The notes under the pieces are model-generated. The model searched no databases. It was not told the origin of the DNA and worked only from the letters and a program-made list of their open reading frames with translations. This document shows, piece after piece, positions 1 to 42,321 of a stretch of 64,000 nucleotides of DNA. The position numbers and the translations under genes are program-made. Each line of letters starts with the position of its first letter. The first letter of the stretch is position 1. This DNA comes from the human T2T-CHM13v2.0 reference genome, Homo sapiens: NCBI RefSeq assembly GCF_009914755.1, contig NC_060927.1, one strand, 5' to 3'.

Positions 1-7410
<7,410 letters not shown>

Positions 7411-9576
7411 AAAGCATATTCTTTTAAGGTTTTGTTATTGTTTTTCCATGTAGCACTGACAGATTTGTACTAATTCTTTGCTTCTCTGGTTGCTAGATAG
7501 CTTTAGAATTGTCAGCTGAGGCTCTTGAAGAGCAAAACTAAACTACCTTAGTTGGCTTAGATAGGGAAATAATCTGACTTTTAGGATTATTTGCAGTATA
7601 AATGATTTCAAACACTAAAGGTTGACAAAGAAGCATTTATAGTTCACTGAGAAGGCTATCTTATTTCAGATTCCAGGTAAGCAGAATCACTTAAATTTAA
7701 AAGAGCACGCTCTGTGTTGATATGCAAAACTTTGTTAAAGTATACGTTTTGATCTTTAATTCATTTATTAGTTACAAATGTTATTTACTATTTAGTAAGC
7801 ACACGCAAATGTGGTAATCACTGCATTTATTAGGAATACACTGTAAGGTTACAGGCAGTGTGGGTGTGGATTTTGACTGTATTTGAAGTTTTCTTACCTT
7901 GAAACTTACTTAGCACTTGTAAACCTATACCATAGAGTTTAGCCTTTATTTCCTCTTAAGAGACTTGAAAATCCTACACCATCTAGTGTAGTGCTAATCC
8001 TAAAGAAAACAACCAACGATTAAGTGTTAATTGTTGATTGGTATCACCCTATGATCAATTGTTTTCACCCTAAGGCTCAAGTGAAACCAAACGGTTGGTC
8101 ACTTTTTCGATTTAGTATTTTTTCAATTTCTTAGATCTCAGGATATTTTTAGTAGATTTTGGATGAGACAACAAGGATGTCTGACGACCATCATTCTCAG
8201 AAAATATCTGGCATCACCTCAAATCTGGATTTCGAACATTACAGAGGGATGAATGAGGAGCAGTACCACTGGACTGAGGGCCTGGCCCACTTTGCCATCT
8301 TGGTATTCTTAATCTTTGTCCTAGTTCCTGGCACGATAAGAATTTTCAAATAAATAAATAATTTTTGTATTAAAAAAGTAGTATTTAGAACCGAATATCT
8401 TCTATAATATAGAAAATTGAGTCAGCTTTCCCAGTAATGATTCTTTAAGTTGGCCTTCTGAAATATGAGAAAATGTTACCCTGATAGTCTCGATGATATT
8501 TTGCACCATGGGTAGGGTTGTATTTTAAAGTTAAATGACTACATATATTGTTTTTTGTTTTTGTCGAGAGACCTGAGATGGGGCTAATTGAAAACGTCTG
8601 GAGCTTAAAGACCCGTGCAGTTTACGCAGCAAGGATATTATTGCTCTGAATTTCAATAAATCAACATTTCACTATATATCGGCAAAGTCTACAGCCTTTA
8701 AAAAATGACCAATATAGACGGAATCAAAACCGATGTAGTCCCAAAGCGGCACAGAGCTGTATCTGCCAAAGCGTCCATTTAAATTCGTGCGTTCCAAGGA
8801 AAATTACTGCTTAGTTTCTATCCATTTGCAAAAGTTTATGATTTTTTTCAGGCATTCCTCACACCTGTTAGGTTAAAATCAGTAACACTCTTAAAAAGAA
8901 AGCGAGAGACCGGAAATGATATGAGAATAGAATTGGCCACTCCAGAGACATCTGCAAATGACACTCCATTTTTCCTTCTCGCGCTGCAAAATGTACCGGT
9001 AAACCGGACTTCCCGGGACTCGCTGGGTGGCCGACATTTTCCCTAGCAGGAATTTTACGTTTCCAAGATCTGAATGGATGTTAACGGTCGGGCTAAATGC
9101 CAGGCAGGTCTTCATTGTGGAATTAAACAGCGGTGGGAGCAAGCGGAATAACCGAGTTCCCCTCCCGCACCTGAGTGCCGGCAGCGAGCCGCGAGCCGGG
9201 ACCTGTCACCCGCGGGAAGCCCCGGCCGCCCGACGAACAGCATCTCCGGTTTCCGCCTCCGGCTCCGGCGCGGCTCCCCCGGCCCGCCTCTGCGTCAGGG
9301 ACGCGGAAACCCCGTAGGAGCAGGGCGGGCGGGGAAAGCGAGGTTTAACTAACTCCGCAGCTATATTCTTCCGCCGCGAGGTAAAGAGTCCCAACCCAAC
9401 CCCGGGCCCTAGGATTTCCAGCGACCCTGTAATATCGAGAAATTACCACATTTGGGTTTTTCTACCAACTTGCTTAGGATTTTATCCGAGGTAACGACCC
9501 CAGGATCACAATTTTGTAGCTGACCGAAGCACGGCGAGAAAATTCCTCCGCAAGAAACGGGTTCCGGCCACGAGCC

Positions 9577-9612
9577 TATAAAAAACGGGTGGTTGGGCGC
9601 CGCTGTCTTTTC
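9577..9612 (+). promoter_or_regulatory. TATA box (9577-9584) and pyrimidine TCT/5'TOP-type start site (C at ~9607, CTTTTC)
   Basis: TATAAAAA begins 30 nt upstream of GTCTTTTC; the C lies 34 nt before the ATG; typical of snoRNA-host translation-factor genes. Confidence 0.75.
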
Positions 9613-9640
9613 AGTCGGGCGCTGAGTGGTTTTTCGGATC

Positions 9641-15299
<5,659 letters not shown>

Positions 15300-15773
15300 T
15301 TCCTGGGATGAGAGTTTTGGATGCAGTGCTCGCTGTTGCTGAATAGGCGATCACAACGTGCATTGTGCTTCTTTCTTTGGGAATATTTGAATCTTGTCTC
15401 AATGCTCATAACGGATCAGAAATACAGATTTTGATAGCAAAGCGACGTTAGTCGTGAGCTCTTGTGAGGAAAGTCATTGGCTTTATCCTCTTTAGAGTTA
15501 GACTGTTGGGGTGGGTATAAAAGATGGGGTCTGTAAAATCTTTCTTTCTTAGAAATTTATTTCCTAGTTCTGTAGAAATGGTTGTATTAGATGTTCTCTA
15601 TCATTTAATAATATACTTGTGGACTAAAAGATATAAGTGCTGTATAAAATCAGCCAATTATGTTAAACTAGCATATCTGCCTTTATTGTGTTTGTCATTA
15701 GCCTGAGTAGAAAGGCCTTTAAAATTTTTTTAGAAAGCATTTGAATGCATTTTGTTTGGTATTGTATTTATTC

Positions 15774-15909
15774 AATAAAGTATTTAATTAGTGCTAAGTG
15801 TGAACTGGACCCTGTTGCTAAGCCCCAGCAAGCAATCCTAGGTAGGGTTTAATCCCCAGTAAAATTGCCATATTGCACATGTCTTAATGAAGTTTGAATG
15901 TTAAATAAA
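15774..15909 (+). terminator. Two EIF4A2 polyadenylation signals (AATAAA 15774-15779 and 15904-15909)
   Basis: Canonical hexamers at the end of the 3'UTR. Confidence 0.75.
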
Positions 15910-15942
15910 TTGTATATTCACTTTAAAGGTGCTTTTGGTCAT

Positions 15943-15954
15943 TTTATTTTTATT
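15943..15954 (-). terminator. RFC4 tandem polyadenylation signals (AATAAA x2 on the minus strand)
   Basis: TTTATT at 15943-15948 and 15949-15954, about 45-55 nt after the RFC4 stop. Confidence 0.8.
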
Positions 15955-15998
15955 ACAACTTCATTATTTACAAAACCCCCCATCCAGATATATTCACG

Positions 15999-30748
<14,750 letters not shown>

Positions 30749-32099
30749 GGTACTTCACCCTGGTCAGGTGCAAGACAGAAAAAAAAAGCTTTTATTGAAA
30801 CTTTTATTGCGAATCAGCACCATAGGAAAGCGGGGGTGGTGGTGGGGAACCATTATGAGAAAGTACAGCCCGAAAATAAACTTAGCCTTGTGCAAAGATG
30901 TTACATAATAAAGGACATCACCCCATGACCTAGGACACTCTGAATGCACTGTACTGAGGGCTACAAGAACAGAAAAGTGGTCAAAGTCCCTAACGAACTT
31001 AGAATCTATTTCTAGTGCAGGAGTTATAGAACAAAGATCATATGTCACAAAAATGTTTAATGAGTTCCAAATGCATTGATAAATATGATGTTGCTAATGA
31101 CCAAACCACATGGGCCTCCATGGTTTCTTTCACAGTCATGGGCCTAGCTCTAGCTCAGACCCTGAAATGGACTCTTCGGCAATTAAAGGTGCTCTGCTTG
31201 CACCACAAATGAGAACCTTCACTCCTTTCCTTGGGTCAGAACTCAAAGACCTTTTTTTGTTGTTGTTGTTTTTGAGACAGGGTCTCACTCTTTTGCCTAG
31301 GATGGAGTGCAGTGGCGGAATCATGGTTCACTGCAGCCTTGACATCCCAGGCTCCTGTCATCTTCCCACTTCAGCCTCCCCAGTAGCTAGGACTACAGGT
31401 GCGTGCCACCACCCCCGGCTAATTTTTTAAATTTTTGGTAGAGACAGGGTTTCACCATGTTGCCTAGGCTGGTCTGGAACTCCTGGGCTCAAGTAATCCT
31501 CCTGCCCCGGCCTCCCAAAGTGCTGGGATTACAGGTGTGAGCCATCTCGCCTGGCCAGGGACCTATTTTCATGGCAGAGTCAATGCTTACCTACCTTCAG
31601 AGACTTTCTGTGGGGAAGGGAAGGTGGGGGACTCTGTTGTTAAAATAGAAACAGCTGTTTTTCTCATAACACACTCACTTGAAGAAATCAAAACAATGCA
31701 TAAAAGCATGAGAGATTTAAAAAAGTAATACAAAATCCCACCCAGAAGGTAACTATTTCTAACATGCAGGTAAACATTCTTCCAGGCTGTTTTCAGGGAT
31801 AAAAAGCATCATTAGCTCGCCTGAAAAGTCCCCGGTTAATTCTATTTTTTTCACTGCTACATGCCCTGGTGCCTAGAACAGTGCCTGGTACATGGTAGAT
31901 GCTCCGTAATATTTGGTGAATGAATTACCATCTATGATACCCGGTTTCCTTTTCTGTTAAAGGAGCTAAGGCCTATTCCACAGGACAACTGAGTTAAATA
32001 AAAGAATGTATGCAAATACATAGTTCCTTGCTTGGCATATGGGGATATGCTCAATAAAATAAATTTTTAATATCTGTTAGCAGCCAAGGTTTTTATAAC

Positions 32100-33000
32100 G
32101 TTACTGGATTAGTCCATCCCTGCCTCGGGCTGTTAAACATTAATACAGCCCAAAGCCGGGGCCTGCAAGATGCTGTCCGGAACCACCATTTCACCAAAGG
32201 GCGCGGCCAGGGCATGAAAGGGCCACTAGGCTGGGGCCCCGAAGGAGGTGGAAGACCTCACAAGGGGCATCAAGGGCAGGAGTGGGGAAGGCGAAGCGGG
32301 CTTGCAGTTCCTCCAGCAGGTTACCAGTTAGCCTGGCTTCTCGTGCAGGTCACCGCCGCCGGCTCGTTCCTCAGGTTTCCGCGATACAAAAAGGACGAGA
32401 TGGTCTCGAAGTCTTAGCTCCGTCACCTAATCTGAGAATAACGGGCCCAGGAGACTTACGATCACTGATGTCCCCACAGTCGCCTCAGTTCCCGCCACGG
32501 AACGGCGGGCGAAAAGCAGGGCGGGAATACGCCGGTAGGAATACGCGGGCACGTAACGCGTCACTTCCGGTGCTGGGGCGCGCTGCTTGCGGAGGGAGTT
32601 TGCCCGTATACGGTTTTATTTAGGCAGGTGATGAGCCAGCCGGACTTTCAGGCAGAACTGGACTGGAACAGGCATGGCCTAGGAGGTGTCCCTGTCCCGG
32701 TGCATTGCTCCCACTTCAGACGTGAGCGCGACCCTCCCGGAAGGAGTAGAGGTCGCGCGGGCACGGCGCTGGGGCTGCTTACCTGGCAGGCTCAGCAATG
32801 AGGGCGGGGCGGCGGCGCGCGGGCCTCTGGAACCCTGCCGGTCCACCGAAGGTCCCGAGCCCGCTATCTTCGTAGGTGCGGGCCTCCGGAGGTGCAGGTC
32901 CCTGTCCTCCTTGTCCTGCTTCGTCGCAGAGCAGAACGCGTGTGCTTTAAGGGCAGAGACATCTGAAGATGCTTTGCCTTGCCCTCTTGAGGACACGTGG
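32100..33000. promoter_or_regulatory. CpG island / RFC4 promoter with E2F and ETS sites
   Basis: E2F TTCCCGCC 32489-32496 and GGCGGGAA 32520-32527; ETS CACTTCCGGT 32562-32571; CpG-rich; boundaries approximate. Confidence 0.85.
32325..32517 (-). other. RFC4: RFC4 non-coding exon 1 with two alternative donors (after 32460: ATC|GTAAGT; after 32325: CTG|GTAACC)
   Basis: Donor motifs on the minus strand inside the CpG island; TSS position approximate. Confidence 0.65.
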
Positions 33001-33860
33001 CTTTTACTTCTAATAGTGTCTGCGTGTTGTGGAGAGAGAAGACCATGCAGCTGTGGACATCTATTATAATTCCTGAGCCCCACTTAGAAATCTGGAAGTG
33101 AAGGCGTTCAATAAAAGTTAAAGGACTGATAATCATGTTTAGCCCCACCAAGCTTCATGCACAGTGGGCTAGGCTGGTGCCTGAGCCCACTGCTTTTATC
33201 TCTTCCAAGTACTTGGTTTAGCTCTGAAATGCTCCTTAATCCTATTGAAACCTGACCCTTCTCAAAGGCCACCTTCTCTACTGGTCTTTACTAATTACTA
33301 ACCCATAAGGTTGTTCCGGGTCTTCTTCAAATGACTGTTTTGTTTGGCACAAACTCAGCATGATATCCATTGTTAACTTTGTACGTTTTTTTCATTTATC
33401 TTGCAACAAATGCTTACAGAATGTCCACGCACTGTGTTAGATGCCTGCAGATACAGCAGGGAAAACGCTCGAGATGCCCTCAAGTAGCTTTACAGACTAG
33501 GAGAGTGACAGACAATGTGATGTGTGGTTATGCAGAGGAAGTAGGGGGCTGTGAGAACTTACATCCCAGGCCTAACCCAATCAAGGGTTTAACCAAAGTA
33601 AGGATGCTTTATGCTACTTTGTAATTTCCACAGAGTCTGATACAATCTCTGGACAGTATAAAAAACACACAGGTTATCTATCTGGTCACCGGTTTACATT
33701 ACCATAACTTATCAAACTGTATACTTAATGCTTGTATATTTTATTGTATGTAAATTATACCACAATACAGTTGATAAAACAAGATCTATGAAAATAGATG
33801 GTATCCATTTGCTACCTGAAGGAACAGCACAACCACAGAGAGGGGGATGTTATGATCTCA

Positions 33861-34567
<707 letters not shown>

Positions 34568-35072
34568 AAAGGTTAATAGCAAGTAAGTGGCAAAGCCATA
34601 ATCCACATCTTGGACTGACTCCAGACTCAAAGCTTGTGATCAGTCACTGGGCAGGTTCAGGGCTGGCATAGAGGTGCCTTAATGTTAAATAGAAAAGAGA
34701 GACCTGAGTGGTATCTTGTTTTGGCAATTGATTTTAAAAAAATGCCACCTTTCTGCAGGTACATTCAGCCCTTGGTGGGATGAAAAACTTGGTGATAAGA
34801 GATTGGGCTGGATTTCTATCTCCACTTGCCCCTCAGCTGACTACTCCGTTATTGTACACAATTATAGGCAGCATCCTAATCCAGGTAGTTGAAGAACTTG
34901 TGTGCACACCAAGCATTGTCTCTCTCACCAGAACAAGAAATGTCCTTATATAAATACTTATCTTTTTTTGTGTCATACATATGTGGGTGTTCACATGATT
35001 AAACCAGTTTAACAAGTTTATAATAGCTTTTATTATTTATTGTAATGGGCATTCATTCAGTTACTACTATGA

Positions 35073-35354
<282 letters not shown>

Positions 35355-35536
35355 TGATTGCCCACCTCGGCATCCACCCACCTTGGCCTCCCAAAGTGCT
35401 GGGATTACAGGTGTGAGCCACCGTGCCTGGACCCTGTGAAGTTTTTTAATCTTAAAAGAGGGCTTTCAAAAGTTGAGTACAGCTTTATTTAGTGCGTTGC
35501 CCTTTGAAACAGATGATACAAAACTGTACCTGCATG

Positions 35537-35537
<1 letters not shown>

Positions 35538-35619
<82 letters not shown>
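35538..35619. repeat. Compound microsatellite (TG)n(TA)n(GA)n adjoining an Alu fragment
   Basis: Directly visible. Confidence 0.95.
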
Positions 35620-35620
<1 letters not shown>

Positions 35621-36503
35621 CACGAGATCTCCCTATGTTTAGTCTTGAACTCCTTGGCTCAAGGGATCCTCCCACCTCAGCCTCCCAAAGTGCTGGGAAT
35701 ACAGGTGTTAGCCACTGCCTCTGGCCCTGGATTATGTTTTTTTTTAAATTTTTTGAGACACAGTCTCACCCTGTTGCTTAGGCTGGAGTGCGGTGGCACT
35801 AACTCAGGTCACTGCAACCTCCACCTTTTGGATTCAAGTGATTCTCGTGCCTCAGCCACTTGATTACAGACACATGCTGCCAAACGTGGCTAACTTTTGT
35901 ATTTTTAGTGGAGACAGGGTTTTACCACGTTGTTCAGGCTGGTCTCAAACTCCTGACCTCAAGTGATTCTCCCGCCTCAGCCTCCTAAAGTGCTGGGATT
36001 ACAGGCGTGAGCCACTGTGCCTGGCCTGGATGATATTTTATAAGGTCACTAGGAAAGGAAAAGACTTGGGTAGCAAATGAAAAAAGAGAGCTGTCAGGAG
36101 TGGAAAAGATCAGATAGTGGATGATAGTGTCATTTTGAAATCAGAAAATGCAGGCTGAGTGCAGTAGTTCATGCCTATAACCCTAGCACTTTGATAGGCC
36201 AAGGTGAGAAGATCACTTGAGCCCAGGAGTTTGAGACCAGTCTGGGCAACACAGCTGAGACCCCATCTCTAGAAAAATAACAAATAAATAGAAAAAAAAA
36301 TCAGAAAATGCAGGTGTAGTGGATGCTCTGGTATGCTACCTTTCAGGACTGAGATACTCACTCCCCCAGCTGCTGGGAGGGTTGCTGGCCAACTCTTGAA
36401 TGAGTCCCTGTCCAGCAACTGTCTTCAGCCAACAAAACCACTTTATCAAAAATTGCATTCCTTTTGTGGAGGCAGCCCACCTCCAAGGGCTAGTCTAGGA
36501 GGA

Positions 36504-38593
36504 TGCTACAGTTTGGATGTGGTTTGTTCCCGCCCAAACTCATGTTGAAGTTTAATTGCCAGTGTGGAGGTGGGGCCTAGTGTGAGGTGTTTGGCTCACT
36601 GGGGTGGATCCCTCATGAATAGACTGGTGTCATTCTCAAGATAGTGAGTGAGTTCTTGTTCCTGGGAGATTGTATTCGTTCTTATGGAAATGGATTAGCT
36701 CCTGAGAGAGCAAGTTGTTATGAAGTGGGTCAGCCTCCTTGGTCCCCTCACTCAGCACGTGCCTGCTCACCTTTCTGCTTCTCCTCCATGTCATAAGGCA
36801 GCATGAGGCCCTCACCAGAAGCTGAACAGCCTGGCGCCATGCTCTTGGACTTTGCAGCTACCAGAATTGTGAGCTAAAGAAATCTCTTTTCTTTTTTTTC
36901 TTTTTTTTTTCATTTTTTATTGATCATTCTTGGGTGTTTCTCGCAGAGGGGGATTTGGCAGGGTCATAGGACAATAGTGGAGGGAAGGTCAGCAGATAAA
37001 CAAGTGAACAAAGGTCTCTGGTTTTCCTAGGCAGAGGACCCTGCGGCCTTCCGCAGTGTTTGTGTCCCTGGGTACTTGAGATTAGGGAGTGGTGATGACT
37101 CTTAACGAGCATGCTGCCTTCAAGCATCTGTCTAACAAAGCACATCTTGCACCGCCCTTAATCCATTCAACCCTGAGTGGATACAGCACATGTTTCAGAG
37201 AGCACAGGGTTGGGGGTAAGGTCACAGATCAACAGGATCCCAAGGCAGAAGAATTTTTCTTAGTACAGAACAAAATGAAAAGTCTCCCATGTCTACTTCT
37301 TTCTAGACAGACACGGCAACCATCTGATTTCTCAATCTTTTCCCCACCTTTTCCCCCTTTCTATTCCACAAAACCGCCACTGTCATCATGGCCCGTTCTC
37401 AATGAGCCGCTGGGCACACCTCCCAGACGGGGTGGTGGCCGGGCAGAGGGGCTCCTCACTTCCCAGTAGGGGTGGCCGGGCAGAGGCGCCCCTCACCTCC
37501 CGGACGGGGCGGCAGGCCGGGCGGAGGGCTGACCCCCCCACCCCAACCTCCCTCCCGGACAGGGCGGCTGGCCGGGCAGAGGGGCTCCTCACTTCCCAGT
37601 AGGGGCGGCCGGGCAGAGGCGCCCCTCACCTCCCGGACGGGGCGGCTGGCCGGGTGGGGGGCTGACCCCCCCACCTCCCTCCCAGACGGGGCGGCTGGCC
37701 GGGCGGGGGGCTGACCCCCCCACCTCCCTCCCGGACGGGGCGGCTGGCCTGGTGGGGGCTGACCCCCACCTCCCTCCCGGACGGGGTGGCTGCCAGGTGG
37801 AGACGCTCCTCACCTCCCAGACAGGGTCGCGGCCGGGCAGAGGCGCTCCTCACATCCCAGACGGGGCGGCGGGGCAGAGGCGCTCCCCACATCTCAGACG
37901 ATGGGCAGCTGGGCAGAGACGCTCCTCCCTTCCTAGATGGGATGGCGGCTGGGCAGAGACGCTCCTCACTTCCCAGACTGGGCAGCCAGGCAGAGGGGCT
38001 CCTCACATCCCAGACGATGGGCGGCCAGGCAGAGACGCTCCTCACTTCCCAGACGGGGTGGCAGCCAGGCAGAAGCTGCAATCTCGGCACTTTGGGAGGC
38101 CAAGGCAGGTGGCTGGGAGGTGGAGGTTGTAGCGAGCCGAGATCACGCCACTGTACTCCAGTCTGGGCACCATTGAGCACTGAGTGAACGAGACTCCATC
38201 TGCCATCCCAGCACCTCAGGAGACCGAGGCTGGTGGATCACTCGCGGTTAGGAGCTGGAGACCAGCCCGGCCAACACAGCGAAACCCCGTCTCCACCAAA
38301 AAAATACGAAAACCAGTCAGGCGTGGTGGCGTGCGCCTACAATCGCAGGCACTCGGCAAGCTGAGGCAGGAGAATCAGGCAGGGAGGTTGCAGTGAGCCG
38401 AGATGGCAGCAGTACAGTCCAGCTTCAGCTCGGCATCAGAGGGAGACCGTGGAAAGAGAGGGAGAGGGAGACCGTGGGGAGAGGGAGAGGGAGATGGAGA
38501 GGGAGAGAGAGAGGGAGAGGGAGCAAGAAATCTCTTTTCTTAATAAATTACCCGGCCTGACAGTCTGTTATAGCGACAAAATGGACAACGACA
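36504..38593 (+). mobile_element. MaLR (MST-type) solo LTR split by the SVA
   Basis: Starts TGCTACAGTTTGGATGTGGTTTG, ends ...AATGGACAACGACA; flanks GAGGA/GAGGG resemble a 5-bp TSD. Confidence 0.75.
36894..38524 (-). mobile_element. Full-length SVA retrotransposon
   Basis: In element order: (CCCTCT)n hexamer ~38455-38523, Alu-like ~38070-38440, GC-rich VNTR ~37410-38060, SINE-R ~36912-37400, poly(A) (poly-T on +); 17-bp TSD AAGAAATCTCTTTTCTT at 36877-36893 and 38525-38541. Confidence 0.96.
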
Positions 38594-39427
38594 GAGGGGT
38601 ATAAAGGTTTAGCCCTTTGTCTTAAGGTGGCACAGTTCTTATGCGTTATTCAAGCTCCAGATCTTCGTTGCACCTGCATCACAATACAACTTCTGCCCAG
38701 TCCTGCCTCCCTCATCCCTCTCATGTGTTGATTCTTAGAGTACCACACCATTAAAAGCCTGCAGGCAAATCGCAAAATCTGTTTCCTAAGGAATCCAACC
38801 CAGAAGTGGTCCTTGAAAAAGGCTCTGAGACGGGATTTTGAAGCTGTATCCCCTCCCAACCTGTTGGTAACAGAAACCCCATCACTGGTGGTGGTGGAGC
38901 TCCCACGGCCCCCGGCATCCTATGGCAATTGTTAAAATGTTCATCAGTGGCAAACTGGAATGGGGTGCCAGGAGAAGGAAATGCATAGCAGATGTAATAT
39001 CTCAGGGGTTGTAAGAAAGAGTAATTATAAGAACTTTGGAATTGGGTGGACATGGCTGGGGGGGATGTTACTAATTCCTTAAAGATAATGAAGGGTCGAG
39101 TGTCACCAATTGCCAGTGAGACCAAGGATGAAAGCCAGAGGGTCTGGCCGGGAGCAGTGGCTTACGCTTGTAATCCCAGCACTTTGGGAGGCTGAGGTGG
39201 GCAGATCACCTGAGGTCAGGAGTTTGAGACCACCCTGGCCAACATGGCAAAACCCTGTCTCTACTAAAAATACAAAAATTAGCCGGGTGTGGTGGCGTGC
39301 GCCTATAATCCCAGCTACTCAGGAGGCTGAGGCACGAGAATCACCAGAACCTGGGAGGCGGAGGATGTAGTGAGTCGAGATCATGCCATTGCACTCCAGC
39401 CTGGGCGACAAGAGAAAAACTCCATCT

Positions 39428-39468
<41 letters not shown>

Positions 39469-40594
39469 CCAGAAGGTCTATTTGGCAGCATATAAAATTA
39501 TTCACATATCCTGCAGCCAGAGGGGAAAACAATCTGTGAGCCAGACCCCAAAAATCAATTATATTAGTGGCAGGGTTTGAGAGAAGGTTAAATTCTCAAC
39601 TCCAGTAAATCTACCACACCAAGTTCAGGACCCTGTTGGGAAAAAAAAAAAAAAAAACTGAGACGCTGAGACTTGAAATGGGGCCATCTGGGTCAATGCA
39701 TTTGAAAATCTTAAATTTCCAGATTCCTCTGAATGCTATTGATCTACAGAAGTAGCCCATTCCTCTCTGTTAAGTGCTGATGCTCCTCTCTTAAGGATAT
39801 ATGTACAAGCTTCTGCCTTGTAAGACAGCACATATCTCCCCTCATCCCCCATCATTTCACCCTCTTCTCCACTCCACCAGCACCGAAGGGGAGGTGATTA
39901 TCCACAAGTGTGAACACCTGGAGGTAGGGACCATGGGAGCCACTCTAGAGTCTGCCTGGCGCAGAATACGTGGAGGATTCCTATGACCAGCTGACAGAGG
40001 AGAAAAAGGCTAAGCCTGGTTCGTGGATGGGTCCGTTGGTACGTAGGTATCAGACAAAAATGGGCAGCTGCTGTGCTACAGCTTCACTTAAGGGTAGACC
40101 TCAGGGACAGCAGTGAAGGAGTGTCCTCCTAATGACAGAGCAGCACACAGGGCATCTGTTCATCCACTTTGTGAAGGCAGAGAAGGGGCCTGAGGCAAGG
40201 TCATACAGAAGACTCATGGTCAGCGTAAGTAACTTGGCCAGTTGGTCAGGGACTTGAAAGGAGGAAGATTGGAAGATCAGGGATGAAGGTGTCTGGGGAA
40301 GAGATGCGTGGCAAGTGTACTAAGGCAGCGGGAATGGAATGTGAACATCTTTGTAACATATGTTAACACCCAGCAGACAGCATTTCCTATGGGGGAGGCA
40401 CTCATCAAGCAATGAAACAGAATGGCTTTTCCAGTTATTCTCAGCCACCTTCTTCCCTCAGCTGCCCTAGTGTTGGCATAATAAGTTGATGAACACGGTA
40501 GTCATGGTGGCAAAGATGGACACTATACATGAATCCAACAGCATGAATTGTTATAGCTACTGCACTACTGATAGTCTAACCTGACAGAAGGTTA

Positions 40595-41038
<444 letters not shown>

Positions 41039-41566
41039 TCAAAAAAAAAAAAAAAAAAAAAAATTAGCTGGGCGTGGTAGCACACGCCTGTAATCCCAGC
41101 CACTGGGGAAGCTGAGGCAAGAGAATTACATGAACCCGGGAGATAGACGTCACAGTGAGCCTAGATCGTGCCACTGAACTCTAGCCTGGGCAACAGAGCA
41201 TCTCAAAAAAAAAAAAAAAGAACTTTCACTGCTGAAATTCCTAACATATACAGAAGCCAGTGATGACCACTCCTCTCCCCCTGTGGCATCACCCCTCAAC
41301 GAGATCAACCAACCTTTTCCACAGAGAGAAATAAAATTTTAGTTGTTTCCTCCAAAAACAAAATTCTGCTCTCTGGATTGTTTTAAAAAATCCTTACTTC
41401 CTAGTGTTTCTCAAAGAATGGTTTAGGGCCACGGCAACAGAATCACTTATGGGGCTTGTCACAAGTGCAGATTTCCAGTCCCCGCCTAGAAATAATGAAT
41501 CAGAATCTGTAGGTTTGGTGTCTGGGAATCTGTATTTATGCAATGTGGAGGTTTTGGGTTAGTGGT

Positions 41567-41917
41567 TACTATGGTTTAAATGTTTTTGTCCCCTCCAAAA
41601 CTCATGTTGAAACTTAATTCCCAATGCAACAGTGTTGGGAGGTAGGGCTTAGTGGGAGGTGTTTAGATCATGAGGGCTGTGCCCTCCTGAATGGAGTAAT
41701 GCTGCAATAAAATGGGCTTTGGGGAGTGGTTTTGCTCTTGCACATTTCCCCTTCCCCCTTCCATCCTGTGATGACTAAGCAAGAAGGCCCTTGAAAGATG
41801 CTGGTTCCTTGATCCTGAACTTTCCAGCCTCCAGAACTGTGAACCAATACATTTATGTTCATTATAAATTGCCCGGTCTCAAGTATTCTCTTATAGCAGC
41901 ACAAAATGGACTAAGAG
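41567..41917 (+). mobile_element. MaLR (MST/MLT1A-like) LTR
   Basis: TACTATGGTTTAAATGT...CCAGCCTCCAGAACTGTGA...AAATGGACTAAGA. Confidence 0.7.
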
Positions 41918-42321
41918 AGTGGCCTTTCACAACACGATTCAATATTCTAACTAAATTTCTCCCAGAAAACAATTCAGTTGTTATGAGATGGAAAATGAAA
42001 ATATAAATTAGGTACATGCAAATGGAAAAATCACCTTACCATATCAGTAGGTGTGTTGAAAAATCACCTTACCAGGAGATAGAGACCATCCTGGCTAACA
42101 TGGTGAAACCCTGTCTCTACTAAAAATACAAAAATTAGCCAGGCGTGATGGCAGGTGCCTGTAGTCCCAGATACTTGGGAGGCTGAGGCAGGAGAATGGC
42201 GTGAACCCAGGAGGTGGAGCTTGCAGTGAGCCGAGATCGCCACTGCACTCCAGCCTGGGCTACAGAGTGAGACTGCGTCTCAAAAAAAAAAAAAAAAAAA
42301 TCACCTTACCATATCAGTAGG

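Noticed and set aside
8010-8101. Two adjacent imperfect inverted repeats (AACCAACGATTAA/TTAATTGTTGATT; TGATCAATTGTTTTCAC/GTGAAACCAAACGGTTGGTCA)
   Set aside because: No H/ACA or C/D boxes or Pol III elements; short, AT-rich and imperfect, so not supportable as an RNA gene without an Rfam search
32214-33151. ORFs of 95-134 aa around the RFC4 promoter
   Set aside because: CpG-island artefacts with no recognisable protein features
36924-38396. Multiple overlapping long ORFs (up to 184 aa)
   Set aside because: Arise from the stop-poor GC-rich VNTR and SINE-R of the SVA
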